From positions 4,650,001 through 4,682,000 of the forward strand of contig CP001848.1 of assembly GCA_000025185.1 (NCBI GenBank): 32,000 bases of DNA, in the 5' to 3' direction. The position numbers were made by a program, and so were the translations under genes. The notes beneath the pieces are model-generated. The model was given only the letters and a program-made list of their open reading frames with translations. It was not told the DNA's origin and ran no database searches. The stretch is from Pirellula staleyi DSM 6068 (GTDB lineage Bacteria > Planctomycetota > Planctomycetia > Pirellulales > Pirellulaceae). Below, one piece after another: positions 18,666 through 28,594 of the stretch (its first letter is position 1; each line of letters opens with the position of its first letter).

Positions 18666-19250
18666 TTGCCGGAGCCGCGCCCCGTGAAACCGAAGTTCTT
18701 GCTCACCTGCACCTGCGGAACGGAAATCCCGGTCGAAAAATCGCAAGCGGGTCAGACGATCGACTGCCCTTGCGGGAAGAAGGTCGAAGTCCCGTCAATT
18801 CGCGGAATTGAAAAGCTGCCCCAGCTAACCGCAACCACTGCGAGCGACATTCCCGAACATTCCACATCGAAGCCAGCGTGGAATCCCGTCCGTGGCCTCC
18901 TCTTCACCGGTGGACTGATCGCGGCGGCGATCTCGGGCGTGATGCTATTTCTTACGCTCCGCGATCTGAACATGATCGTCACCTCGGGCGCAACGGTTGA
19001 TCGGACCGAAGAAGTGATCGAGTTTGTGAACCAAGACATCGAGAAGATTTCACTCGACGACACATGGAAAACTTGGCTCGACCTGCGTGATCGGGGACTT
19101 GGACAAGTCGTCACCCCGGACTGGACAATGGCCCAAGACATTTCCGAACTGCTACGTCAAAGGGCGATCATTTCCGGCATCGTTCTAGTCCTAGGCTCGA
19201 TCTGCTGCATCGGCAGCCTGGTTGTCCCCGCAGGGAAGAAACTCGCCTAG
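18666..19250 (+). CDS. Hypothetical membrane protein with N-terminal zinc-ribbon-like CxC...CxC motif
   Basis: CTCGTEIPVEKSQAGQTIDCPCGKKVEVP, followed by two hydrophobic segments (LLFTGGLIAAAISGVMLFLTL and IISGIVLVLGSICCIGSLVV). TTG start at 18666; an alternative GTG lies at 18684. Confidence 0.55.
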   Translation: MPEPRPVKPKFLLTCTCGTEIPVEKSQAGQTIDCPCGKKVEVPSIRGIEKLPQLTATTASDIPEHSTSKPAWNPVRGLLFTGGLIAAAISGVMLFLTLRDLNMIVTSGATVDRTEEVIEFVNQDIEKISLDDTWKTWLDLRDRGLGQVVTPDWTMAQDISELLRQRAIISGIVLVLGSICCIGSLVVPAGKKLA

Positions 19251-19278
19251 CTGCTGCTATTCTTCGGTCACCAAGGTC

Positions 19279-20061
19279 CTACTTTTTTCGCAAGATCAGC
19301 ACGACATCTTGCGTATCGGGGCCGATCGTGATGGGTCGCTTGATGCGATACGAAAAATCGTAGACGTCAGCGATTTCGAATTCGGGAACAGCGGTGATGA
19401 GCTTACGCATCTGTGCTGCGGTGTAGGTCCGGAACACCAGTTCGTCGACAATCTGAAACTGCTGCGTGGGTGTGTAGACCAGCATCGTCATGGTGCAACG
19501 TTCGGTCCGCTTCTTCAGATCGAGGTCGAACGTAGCTAGGTGGGTGTTAATCGCCAGATTACCGCGACGGGCTCCCCAGCGTTCTTCGGTAATGGGCTCT
19601 CCCTCGAGCGGAGCCAGATGCAGCCCGAGAACATAAATGCCGCCACGTTTCAGCGACTCGGCCATGCATTGCAGATGAGCCAGCGCGTCGGCTTCGCTCA
19701 AGAGATGCCGAAAGCTGTTGATCGTATTGAACGCGGCATCGAACTTCTTTTTAACCGTGAAATCGGCCATGTTGCCGACCCATGCGGTTTCGGGAAGACG
19801 GTAGTTCTTCAGTCGACGATTGCAGTAGTCCACGGCGTGGGGATTGAGATCGAGCCCCCACGAATCGAGCCCCGCTCGGGCAAAACGGAACAACAGCCGA
19901 CCGGTTCCACAGGCCGGTTCGAAGACTCGCTTCACTTCGCCTCGCACATACTTGGCAAAGGCTTGATGGAGAAAGTGGAACTCGGGCTTCCAGTCGCTAC
20001 CGAACACGAGATCGTAGTAGCGAGGGTAGTCGTACAAATTGCGAGGCTTGTCGTTAGTCAT
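19279..20061 (-). CDS. Class I SAM-dependent methyltransferase
   Basis: SAM-binding motif I VFEPACGTGRLLFRFA followed by GLDLN. N-terminal NLYDYPRYYDLVF is typical of this subgroup. ATG at 20061 (MTNDKP) is preferred over TTG at 20097. Confidence 0.8.
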   Translation of the reverse strand: MTNDKPRNLYDYPRYYDLVFGSDWKPEFHFLHQAFAKYVRGEVKRVFEPACGTGRLLFRFARAGLDSWGLDLNPHAVDYCNRRLKNYRLPETAWVGNMADFTVKKKFDAAFNTINSFRHLLSEADALAHLQCMAESLKRGGIYVLGLHLAPLEGEPITEERWGARRGNLAINTHLATFDLDLKKRTERCTMTMLVYTPTQQFQIVDELVFRTYTAAQMRKLITAVPEFEIADVYDFSYRIKRPITIGPDTQDVVLILRKK

Positions 20062-20126
20062 GCGAGAGAAGTTTACGGACTCTCGCACGACTCGCAAGTA
20101 TCAGCAGAGCGCAATCCTCGCTGGAG

Positions 20127-23100
20127 CTACGACAATTCGACGGTTTGGCTCGAGGTGATTGCCGGCACAGGTCGCGCTTCACTTGGCTGGGGAAGAGCAG
20201 GGGCCAGATTCTCTCCTTCGTCGAGGTCGAGGCGATCGAGTTGGCTGTCGTCGTCGTCGTCCGGGTGTCGTTTTTTGAAGAGGATTCGCAGCAGCGACTC
20301 GCGAATCTCCATCGTCAGCCCAAGTAAAGCGGGCACAAACACCAGGGTCACCACAGTCGAGACCAGCAGACCGCCGAGCAGCACCGCACCGATACCGCGA
20401 TAGAGTTCGCTACCAGCACCTGGGGCGATGACCAGCGGAAAGAGCCCGACCAAACCACCAAGCGTGGTCATAAAGATCGGCCGAATACGATTTTTCACGC
20501 TTTCGATAATCGCCTCACCGACCGGCATATGATCCTCCCGGATATGCACAAGCGATTGCTCGACAATCAGAATCGGGTTGTTCACTACCGTACCGACCAG
20601 CATGATAAACCCGAGCATCGTCAGCACATCGAGAGGCTGTAGCACGTAGAAATTCAGCAGCCAGAGACCGATGAAACCACCCACCGCCCCCAGTGGTACG
20701 GTGAGAATCACGACCAGCGGATAGAGCCACGATTCGAACGTTGCCGCCATCAGCAAGTAGGTGATAAGGACCGCCAGCATGAGGTTCCAGCGCAGGGAGG
20801 CCCAGGTGCTGCGCAGTTTGTCGGCTGTACCGGCAAGTTCAATGCGATAGCCTCCCGAGAGATCGCCGTTGGAAAGCCTCGGCGCGACAACCTTCTCGTT
20901 GATCAGGTCCATCGCTGCCTCGAGGGGCATTTCAGCCGGTGGGGTTACTTCGAGCGTAATAGCTCGTTGCCGGGTGCGTCGATTGATCTGCTCTGGACCG
21001 CTGCTGTTGACCACCTCAGCCACTGCTTCCAGCGGAATCACTTGCCCCGAAGCCGTAGCGATGGGGAGCGACTTGATATCCTGAATGCGGCTCGCATATT
21101 CCACTTGCCCGACGATCCGCAGATCGATTTTATCGCCACCCAAGTAGTAGTCGGTGGCATAAGCGCCGTCGACGAGGGCATCCACCGTGTAGCCCAGTTC
21201 ACTGGCGGTGACGTTTAAGTCGGCCGCTTGATCCCACTTGGGAATCACGTGCACTTCGGGATTCGCTTTGTCGAGACTTGGGTTGGGCTTAACTTGCGCT
21301 GCAGCCAGGAGCCCGGGCTTATCGGGGGTTCCCTTGAGGTCGACCATGATGTCGCTGCCGATTTCAATCAGCCGATCGATATCGGGGCCCGAGATTTCCA
21401 CCTCGATGGTACGTCCTGCTGAAATTCCTTTCTCAAACAAGCTCGCTTGTTTGGCGACTAGAATCGAGCCATCGAGTTTTGGCGCAATCTTTTGGATGAC
21501 CGGGATCAGTTCGGCCACTCGCGCGGGATCGGCAGCACGTACGCCGATAAACACACTCCGATTGCGGGCGATGAAAAAGAAGTCGGAAATCGCAGGGACA
21601 TCGCGTTTCAACACTTCCGGGTCATCGATATTTACGTCCCAGTAGGGCTTGAGTTCGTTTTCGACAATCTGCCCCATCTCCTGCAGTCGATCGAGGTTGT
21701 AGCCTGGAGGAGGCAGCACCAGAGTGATGATCAGATTGCGATTGCCGTTAGGAAGGTATTCGACCTTGGGCATCATCGCCCAGGTGAGGATCAAACTGGC
21801 GGCCAGCACACCACCGATCATGCCGACGCGTAAAATCACGCTCCCTTGAAGCGTTCGATTAATCGACACCACACCGTTAACGAAAATCGCTGCCACCACA
21901 TCGAGCGGACCGAGCAAGTAGTGATTGACCAAGCGGCCAGCAATGGCATAGAGCCGCCAGATTCCGCGTGCTTCATCGATTTCGAACTGCTCGCCAGCCG
22001 CTTGTCGTCGACTCTTGGCGGTGTGCGGTTTCAGGATTCGCATGGCGGCGGTGGGGACCACAGCCACGGCCACGAGCATCGAAAGGGCGACAGCGCCGCT
22101 GATAGCGATGGCGATATCGCGAAACATTTGTCCCGCCTCTTCGCGAATGAAGAGGACCGGAATAAACACCGCGAGATTCGCAAGGGTCGCGTTGAGCAGA
22201 GCGCCCCACACTTCGCTCGCACCACGGACTGCTGCCTCTTCTGGCGATTCACCATTTTGATGTCGGCGGTAGATATTTTCGAGCATCACAATCGCGTTAT
22301 CGACGAGCATACCGACCGCGAATGCCAGACCACCGAGCGCGGGAACGTTGAGCGAGCGTCCCAGCAGCGACATCACCAAAAAGGCACCGATGGTGCTCAC
22401 CAGAATGTGCATGAAGATGATGACGGTCGAGCGTGCGCTGCGCAAAAACAGCAGCAGCGTGAGGAACGTAAAGAGCGAACCCCAGAGCAAGTTGTCGGTG
22501 ACGAGGCTGACCGAACTGTAAATGTATTCCGATTCGTCGTAGACCTGCACGAGTTGCAGTCCACGTTCTTTCAGTACACCGCTGTTGAGATTATCAACGG
22601 TTTTGCGAAGTCCGTTCATCACTTCCAGCACGTTCGAACCGACCGCGCGCTGGGCATTGATCGAGATCGAACGGGTGCCGAAGCGGCGCACGAAACCATC
22701 GGGCTTTTTGAAGCTTTCCACGGCATAGCCGACGTCGCGTACGTAGACCGGCATTCCATCGCGCCGCGCGAGAATGGTCGACTCCACTTGTTCGGTGCTG
22801 GTGTACTGGCCAAGCGTCCGAATGACATTGCGGCGTTTTCCTTCCCAGAAGTCGCCACCCGAAGTGTCGGCATTCTGACCACGCAACGACTCGCGCACAT
22901 CGCTGATCGAAAGACCGCGTGCTGCAAGCTTCAACGGATCTACCACCACCTGCACTTCTTCTTCGCGACCACCCACCACGTTGGCGTTGCTGCAACCAGG
23001 AACGCGCTCGAGCGCGGCTTCGATAAAGTCTTCTGAAAAACGGCGTAGGGTAGTGATATCTTTTTCGGGAGGAAGTGCCGCTTTCAGCCCCGCATCGGTC

Positions 23101-23660
23101 TCTGCAATTTGCGACAAACGATACATCTTCAATGCATCGTTTTTGGCCTTATACACCTCGTCGAGCTTGGACTTGAGGTGCGGAAACTGCTTGGCGTATT
23201 GCTCGACATCTTCTTTCGTTGGAATTCGCTGACTGAGAATGAAGTAGGCAATCGGGCGGTCGGAAGCGTTCGAAGTGTTGATGACCGGCTCGTTGGCATC
23301 TTCTGGATAGCTGGGCACCTGCGCGAGTTTGGTGTTCACCTTCAGCAGCGCTTCGGCCATATCGGTGCCGACGGGAAACTCGAGTACGACGCGTCCAAGC
23401 GAATCCATCGACTCGCTCGACATTTTGCGTACACCTTCGACACTCTTGAGCTGCTCCTCTTGCTCCTGAACGATCTCGCGCTCAACTTCAGCAGCCGATG
23501 CTCCCGGCCAGGTGGTTTCAATCGTGAGGGTGGGTATCTCGACTTCAGGAGTCAGCTGCATCGGCATGTTGAAGGCGGAGATAATGCCGAACATGACGAT
23601 CAGAATCACCCCCACAGTGACCTTCACTGGGTTGTGAACAAACGCTTCGATCAGGTTCAT
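20127..23660 (-). CDS. RND efflux transporter permease subunit (AcrB/HAE-like)
   Basis: About 1177 aa with the typical RND N-terminus MNLIEAFVHNPVKVTVGVILIVMFG...TWPGASAAEVEREI and two TM bundles (e.g. GGLAFAVGMLVDNAIVMLENI and MLGFIMLVGTVVNNPILIVEQ). The maximal ORF starts at 23753; I prefer ATG at 23660. It has an unusual acidic/Pro-rich C-terminal tail (RHPDDDDDSQLDRLDLDEGEN...). Confidence 0.9.
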   Translation of the reverse strand: MNLIEAFVHNPVKVTVGVILIVMFGIISAFNMPMQLTPEVEIPTLTIETTWPGASAAEVEREIVQEQEEQLKSVEGVRKMSSESMDSLGRVVLEFPVGTDMAEALLKVNTKLAQVPSYPEDANEPVINTSNASDRPIAYFILSQRIPTKEDVEQYAKQFPHLKSKLDEVYKAKNDALKMYRLSQIAETDAGLKAALPPEKDITTLRRFSEDFIEAALERVPGCSNANVVGGREEEVQVVVDPLKLAARGLSISDVRESLRGQNADTSGGDFWEGKRRNVIRTLGQYTSTEQVESTILARRDGMPVYVRDVGYAVESFKKPDGFVRRFGTRSISINAQRAVGSNVLEVMNGLRKTVDNLNSGVLKERGLQLVQVYDESEYIYSSVSLVTDNLLWGSLFTFLTLLLFLRSARSTVIIFMHILVSTIGAFLVMSLLGRSLNVPALGGLAFAVGMLVDNAIVMLENIYRRHQNGESPEEAAVRGASEVWGALLNATLANLAVFIPVLFIREEAGQMFRDIAIAISGAVALSMLVAVAVVPTAAMRILKPHTAKSRRQAAGEQFEIDEARGIWRLYAIAGRLVNHYLLGPLDVVAAIFVNGVVSINRTLQGSVILRVGMIGGVLAASLILTWAMMPKVEYLPNGNRNLIITLVLPPPGYNLDRLQEMGQIVENELKPYWDVNIDDPEVLKRDVPAISDFFFIARNRSVFIGVRAADPARVAELIPVIQKIAPKLDGSILVAKQASLFEKGISAGRTIEVEISGPDIDRLIEIGSDIMVDLKGTPDKPGLLAAAQVKPNPSLDKANPEVHVIPKWDQAADLNVTASELGYTVDALVDGAYATDYYLGGDKIDLRIVGQVEYASRIQDIKSLPIATASGQVIPLEAVAEVVNSSGPEQINRRTRQRAITLEVTPPAEMPLEAAMDLINEKVVAPRLSNGDLSGGYRIELAGTADKLRSTWASLRWNLMLAVLITYLLMAATFESWLYPLVVILTVPLGAVGGFIGLWLLNFYVLQPLDVLTMLGFIMLVGTVVNNPILIVEQSLVHIREDHMPVGEAIIESVKNRIRPIFMTTLGGLVGLFPLVIAPGAGSELYRGIGAVLLGGLLVSTVVTLVFVPALLGLTMEIRESLLRILFKKRHPDDDDDSQLDRLDLDEGENLAPALPQPSEARPVPAITSSQTVELS

Positions 23661-23840
23661 GCGGAGGAGTCCTGATTGCGGGGCGACTTGACGAAGGTGG
23701 GAAAAGCACGCGCCGTTTGCTGATGCTTTTGGAGGCCGGGAATTCCAGTACAACTGGCGTCCCGGCGAGGCTGTCGTCGACTGCAGGCGATGGCTCGTTC
23801 GCTAGACGAATCTTTCCTAGTGGCTATCGATTCGCTGCGG

Positions 23841-25118
23841 TTACTTAAGAATCTGAGGAGTGACTTCCATACCCGATCGGAGCCGCTCGTTACCGGTGAC
23901 AACCACCAACTGACCGGGCTGAACATCACCAATCACTTGGGTTCGGCTGTCGAGCGAGACTCCCAATTTCACGGGAACCGCGCGAGCCGTTTGCTTTCCA
24001 CCGGCGTTATCAATCACAAACACCACGGGGGTGGCTCCACCCAGGACGACGGCATCCTTGGAAACCATCACCGCTTGAATCGGCTTGCTGACCGAAAGCG
24101 TGACACGAGCGAACATCCCCGCTTTCAGCAGGACAGTGCTCCCTTCCATCTCGTTTTTCACCCGGACTTTAACGGGAAAAGTCCGTGCACGGGCATCGGC
24201 TTGTGGATTGATGATGGCGACTGTGCCACTAAAGGTTCGGCCACCGAGAGCTTGAACGTCGACAGAGGCGGGGCTGCCGATTTGAAGTGCTCCGATGTAA
24301 TCTTCCAGCACAGGAATTTCGATGTCGACGTACTCGAGCTCTAGGACTTCAGCGACTGGATCACCCTGCATTACCCACTGACCAACTTCAGTGAGTTCTG
24401 CCGTAATAAAGCCATCGAAAGGAGCTCGCATGGTGTGACGTTGCAGCTGTTCATCGAGGCGTGTGAATTCGGCTTTGGCTGCGAGCAACTTTGCCCGCAT
24501 CTGCTCGATTCGCTCGGCACGCGGGCCTTGAACGAGGAGTTCGAGAGTGAATCGAGCCTCGTTGTAGACCGCTTCGGCTTGCAGCGCGAGATTCGTATCT
24601 TCTTCGAGTTCTTCGCGAGTCGCTGTGCCGCGGAGTGATTTGGTCCGCTCTAGCTTGGCATTGCGAAACGTTAGATTGGCCTGAGCATTGGCCAAGCGAG
24701 CTTTCGCTTGCTCGACTTCTTCAGGGCGAGTGCCGTTTTCGAGTTCGGCGAGTTCAGCTTCGGCTACTTTTACTTGAGCCGCTGCCGTATCAACTTCTGC
24801 TTGGATGATGCCGGTCCGAAGGATGGCAATTTCATCCCCCTTCTTCACAGCTTGACCTTCGTCGACGAGATAGACCTCGACACGTCCGGGTGCAGCGCTG
24901 CCGACGATGCTTTTGCGAAGCGGTTTCACGGTGCCAACGAAGGTGCGTGTTTCAGCAACTTGATCGAGCACGGCTGCTTTCACTTTAACGTCTGGTTTTG
25001 CCGCACCTTTGGGGGCCTGAGCAAAAACAAACGCAGGGACGATAGCAAGACAAAGGTAGGCGAGTGTGGCGGGACGAGCGACACGAATCGATCGCGCGAT
25101 GGTGGGCATAGAAATCAT
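23841..25118 (-). CDS. RND efflux periplasmic adaptor (membrane fusion protein, HlyD-like)
   Basis: Signal/anchor sequence, lipoyl-like motif (GRVEVYLVDEGQAVKKGDEIAIL), coiled-coil hairpin region and beta-barrel/MP domains (AVPVKLGVSLDSRTQV). It lies immediately upstream of the RND pump. Confidence 0.85.
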   Translation of the reverse strand: MISMPTIARSIRVARPATLAYLCLAIVPAFVFAQAPKGAAKPDVKVKAAVLDQVAETRTFVGTVKPLRKSIVGSAAPGRVEVYLVDEGQAVKKGDEIAILRTGIIQAEVDTAAAQVKVAEAELAELENGTRPEEVEQAKARLANAQANLTFRNAKLERTKSLRGTATREELEEDTNLALQAEAVYNEARFTLELLVQGPRAERIEQMRAKLLAAKAEFTRLDEQLQRHTMRAPFDGFITAELTEVGQWVMQGDPVAEVLELEYVDIEIPVLEDYIGALQIGSPASVDVQALGGRTFSGTVAIINPQADARARTFPVKVRVKNEMEGSTVLLKAGMFARVTLSVSKPIQAVMVSKDAVVLGGATPVVFVIDNAGGKQTARAVPVKLGVSLDSRTQVIGDVQPGQLVVVTGNERLRSGMEVTPQILK

Positions 25119-25693
25119 GGCGAGTGGGGCTCCAGCACCATGGGAGGAACAGCGGCACGTTGAGACGAACGGACAATTTCTTCGGTCAGTTCCAGCACTT
25201 CGCGACCGAGATCATCGCGAGCTGGCTGAGCTGCAGGGCGGGGGGTTGTTTGGAGTTCATCTTCCCCCGAAAGGTTCAGCCGAAGACGCTCGAGGATCAG
25301 ACGAACCTGCTCGAGCTCGACCGCCGAGACTCCTTGAGTAGCTCGCATACGAACCGATCGGGCGGCTGCCAGAATCCGTTCCCAAACCGGCTTAACCTTG
25401 GGCATTGGTCGAATCAGCTTCTTGCGGCGGTCACCCGCAGCAACGACACGTTCGATCCACATGTCGCGTTCCATGCGGTCCAGAATACCCACCAAAGTAG
25501 GGGCCTCTACCCGCAGGCGTTGGGCCAACTGGGCCTGCGACAATTCACCCTCAAAGGCAAGCCAGGCAAGCACCTGCCACTGCTGGAAGGTGATGCCGTG
25601 CGGAGCGAGCTCTTCGTTCAAAGCTCGTTCGAACGCCCGTGCGGTCATCCCCACCCAGCAACCGATGCTATCGTGAAAATCATGCTCCAGCAT
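25115..25693 (-). CDS. MarR-family transcriptional regulator with extended C-terminal tail
   Basis: Winged-HTH region ITFQQWQVLAWLAFEGELSQAQLAQRLRVEAPTLVGILDRMERDMWIERV..GDRRKKLI. The stop overlaps the adaptor gene start (ATGA, 25115-25118). ATG at 25693 (MLEHDF) is preferred over TTG at 25723. Confidence 0.8.
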   Translation of the reverse strand: MLEHDFHDSIGCWVGMTARAFERALNEELAPHGITFQQWQVLAWLAFEGELSQAQLAQRLRVEAPTLVGILDRMERDMWIERVVAAGDRRKKLIRPMPKVKPVWERILAAARSVRMRATQGVSAVELEQVRLILERLRLNLSGEDELQTTPRPAAQPARDDLGREVLELTEEIVRSSQRAAVPPMVLEPHSP

Positions 25694-25714
25694 GCTCTCG
25701 CCTCGCAATTCGTT

Positions 25715-25743
25715 AGCTACCAAATCATTAAACAGCTACCAAA
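25715..25743. promoter_or_regulatory. Direct repeat AGCTACCAAA-N9-AGCTACCAAA just upstream of marR (candidate operator/promoter)
   Basis: Exact 10-mers at 25715-25724 and 25734-25743, which is 22-50 nt upstream of the preferred marR ATG. Read on the minus strand it gives TTGGTA-N17-TAGCTA, a weak -35/-10-like pair. Confidence 0.3.
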
Positions 25744-26326
25744 GTATAGAGTGGCGGCTACTGATGTTCAAGCAAATTCCCACCCACCTCGCGAGGGGAA
25801 GTGGCTCCGAAGTGTCCAGTAAACGACATTGGTGGTTGGTTAGCTTCCCTAAACTATTCCCGCGAACCTTTTCAGCCGGTTCTTCTCTGTTCCTTTCAAT
25901 TCCGCTCTCCGCTGAGCAGTCGTCTGTTCTTACGACTTAAAGCAGTGGCAATCGTGCGGATTCAACTCACTAGCTCCCTCATCATTTGTTGCCCGGAGTT
26001 TTCTGACGCCATGAACCACAGCTTCCTGTAAGCCGAATTTCCGCCTGGAAAATCGCTTACATACCACCCTCTAATCCGAGACTGCGATTGCGCTGATTAC
26101 AGCCGCGCGTCCTGGAAGCTGCTGCTGTTCTTCCCGAGTGTCGCACTCCGTCGATACTCGCCGCGCAAGTTTTCCACCCGCTCTTGGCGGTGAGCTTGCT
26201 ACCTCTGGCGTCCACGTTCTTAACCACCATCTCGCCTGATGTTGGGCCGGTGCCTTGCCGAAGCCACCTCGCTTCGACTAGCCTCGGACCACTCGTCACG
26301 CGACAATAAACAAGTAGTCTGTCCGT

Positions 26327-27796
26327 ATGTCTATTCATCCAAGCTTGTCTAGTTCTGATACTCCCGAAAACAACCTCAGCCGAAAACCATCTGGAGGGAA
26401 ACGCCCACACGTGCAAGAGATTCAACGCGAACAAGGTGTAGCACGCGAACGAGCGATCCTCGTCCGTGTGATTCTTCCCGATCAATACTGCGGTGAAGAT
26501 CCGCTCGATGAGATCGCGGGTCTTGCCAAAACAGCCGGTGCCACGGTGGTGGGAACTTGCGTGCAGCGACGCGAAATCCCCGACACCACCACCTACCTTG
26601 GCAAAGGCAAAGTGAATGAGCTCAAGGAAATTGTCGAAGCCAACGAAGCCGATGTGGTGATTTTCGACAACGACTTGGGACCTGCCCAAACGCGCAACCT
26701 CGAGCAAACGATCAAAGTGAAAGTGCTCGATCGTACGGAGTTGATTCTCGACATCTTCGCGAGCAACGCGCGGTCGTATGAATCGCGACTCGCCGTGGAA
26801 CTAGCCCAACTCGAATATTCGCTGCCTCGACTGAAACGGATGTGGACCCACTTGTCGCGTATCAAGATGGGGATCGGCATGCGTGGTCCTGGTGAAAAGC
26901 AGCTGGAAGAAGATCGTCGACTCGTGGAACGCCGCATTCACGAACTCAAGACCGAACTCCATGGGGTCGAGCGTCGCAAACAGCGTCAAGTTGCCTCGCG
27001 AGCCGATCGCTTAACGGTTTCCTTGGTGGGCTACACCAACGCCGGCAAAAGCACTCTGATGAATGCTCTGACCGATGCCGGGGTCCTCGCAGCCGACAAG
27101 TTGTTCGCCACGCTCGACACGCGCACCAGGCGTTGGCATTTGCCAAGCTGGGGGCCGGTTTTGCTATCCGACACGGTTGGATTCATTCGCGATTTGCCAC
27201 ACGGATTGGTCGCCAGCTTCCGCGCGACACTCGAAGAAGCTCGTCAGGCCGATCTGCTGATCCACGTGGCCGATGCTTCGAATCCTGCTGTTCTCGAGCA
27301 GATCTCGGCGGTCTATATCGTGCTGCAAGAGCTGGGTATCGAAGAAAAAGATACGCTGCTCGTGCTCAACAAGATCGACCGTTTGGCCGATCCCGCACAA
27401 CTGGTGGCTGTAAAGCAGCGTTATCCCAACGCGATTACCATCAGTGCTGCAACGCGCGAAGGCTTCGATCGTTTGCACGACAGCGTGAGCAGCGCTCTGA
27501 GCCGATCGTTTGCTGATCTCGATGTGCAAGCGGAAGTGAGCAACGGACGTCTACTGGCTTTCTTGTCGGCGCATGGCGAGGTGCTGAGCAAGACATTCAG
27601 CGAAGACCGCGTGATTGTCCATTGCCGTTTGCCCCATCGTCACCTCGGTGGACTAATGCGCGAGCGAGCCGTGGTTCGCCCCCACACAGCTGCGGAGTTC
27701 TTGCTTCAAGACCTTCCCGAACATGCCGCTGAGAGCGAAGTAGAATTGCTCGAGGAAACTTCGCAGCCGAGCCCCTCGGTAGAAGATGTCGCTTGA
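26327..27796 (+). CDS. hflX: GTPase HflX
   Basis: HflX N-terminal domain (DNDLGPAQTRNLEQ), coiled linker and G domain with G1 GYTNAGKSTLMNAL, G3 DTVGFI and G4 NKID. Confidence 0.9.
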   Translation: MSIHPSLSSSDTPENNLSRKPSGGKRPHVQEIQREQGVARERAILVRVILPDQYCGEDPLDEIAGLAKTAGATVVGTCVQRREIPDTTTYLGKGKVNELKEIVEANEADVVIFDNDLGPAQTRNLEQTIKVKVLDRTELILDIFASNARSYESRLAVELAQLEYSLPRLKRMWTHLSRIKMGIGMRGPGEKQLEEDRRLVERRIHELKTELHGVERRKQRQVASRADRLTVSLVGYTNAGKSTLMNALTDAGVLAADKLFATLDTRTRRWHLPSWGPVLLSDTVGFIRDLPHGLVASFRATLEEARQADLLIHVADASNPAVLEQISAVYIVLQELGIEEKDTLLVLNKIDRLADPAQLVAVKQRYPNAITISAATREGFDRLHDSVSSALSRSFADLDVQAEVSNGRLLAFLSAHGEVLSKTFSEDRVIVHCRLPHRHLGGLMRERAVVRPHTAAEFLLQDLPEHAAESEVELLEETSQPSPSVEDVA

Positions 27797-27798
27797 TC

Positions 27799-28575
27799 AT
27801 GGGGCGTCGCACGCTGGTCAATGCCCGAGTGATCGTCACTGGTGCCACAAGTGGCATCGGCCGGTCGCTCGTGGTGCGGCTGGTGCGTGAAGGTGCCCGA
27901 GTTGTGGCGATTGGTCGCCGAGCCGATCGCTTGCAGCAGTTGGTCTCGGAAGTAGCAGAGCCCGATCGCTTAACGACACTGGCAGTGGATGTAACAGAAT
28001 GCGACGCATGTTCGCGTGCGCTCGCTCTCGCACAATCAGCGTATGGCGGTCTCGATATCCTGGTGAACAACGCCGGACTGGGCGGGATTGGTCTCTTTAG
28101 CGAGTCCTCCCCGGCCCGGGTTCGCGATGTCATGGAAGTGAACTTCTTCGCGCCGGTCGAGTGGATTCGCCAATCGCTGCCGATATTGCGCCAGGGCACA
28201 AAGCCACTGATCGTGAATGTTGGCTCGGTGCTGGGGCATCGCGCAGTTCCACGCAAAAGTGAATACTGCGCCAGCAAGTTTGCCCTTCACGGTTTCAGTG
28301 ATGCACTGCGGGCTGAACTGGCGCACGACGGAATCGACGTGCTTTTAGCAAGTCCGAGTACGACCGCTAGTGAGTTCTTCGATGCCTCGCGCGGTCAGAA
28401 GAGTGCGAGCGACGGTAAAGGGGGAATGTCACCTGATCTCGTTGCCGACCGAATCGTGCGTGCCATGCAGCGCGGTCAGCATGAAGTGATCATGACTGTG
28501 GGTGGAAAGCTGCTCGTTTGGCTCGACCGACTTTGCCCACCGCTGGCCAATCGCCTGGTGGCCTGGTGGGGATGA
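27799..28575 (+). CDS. SDR-family oxidoreductase
   Basis: VTGATSGIGRSL cofactor motif, NNAG, and catalytic S...YCASKFAL (YxxxK). The track start TTG at 27793 overlaps the hflX stop; ATG at 27799 is preferred. Confidence 0.85.
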   Translation: MGRRTLVNARVIVTGATSGIGRSLVVRLVREGARVVAIGRRADRLQQLVSEVAEPDRLTTLAVDVTECDACSRALALAQSAYGGLDILVNNAGLGGIGLFSESSPARVRDVMEVNFFAPVEWIRQSLPILRQGTKPLIVNVGSVLGHRAVPRKSEYCASKFALHGFSDALRAELAHDGIDVLLASPSTTASEFFDASRGQKSASDGKGGMSPDLVADRIVRAMQRGQHEVIMTVGGKLLVWLDRLCPPLANRLVAWWG

Positions 28576-28594
28576 AACGCACCCAGTTTGCTTG

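Noticed and set aside
21846-23036. 396-aa ORF antisense to the RND pump, with similar shadows at 6949-7932(+), 8188-8688(+), 9117-9731(-), 9704-10309(-), 26057-26707(-), 27597-28277(-) and 29246-29833(+)
   Set aside because: Each lies opposite a gene with clear family motifs. The translations are R/H/G-rich with no signatures.
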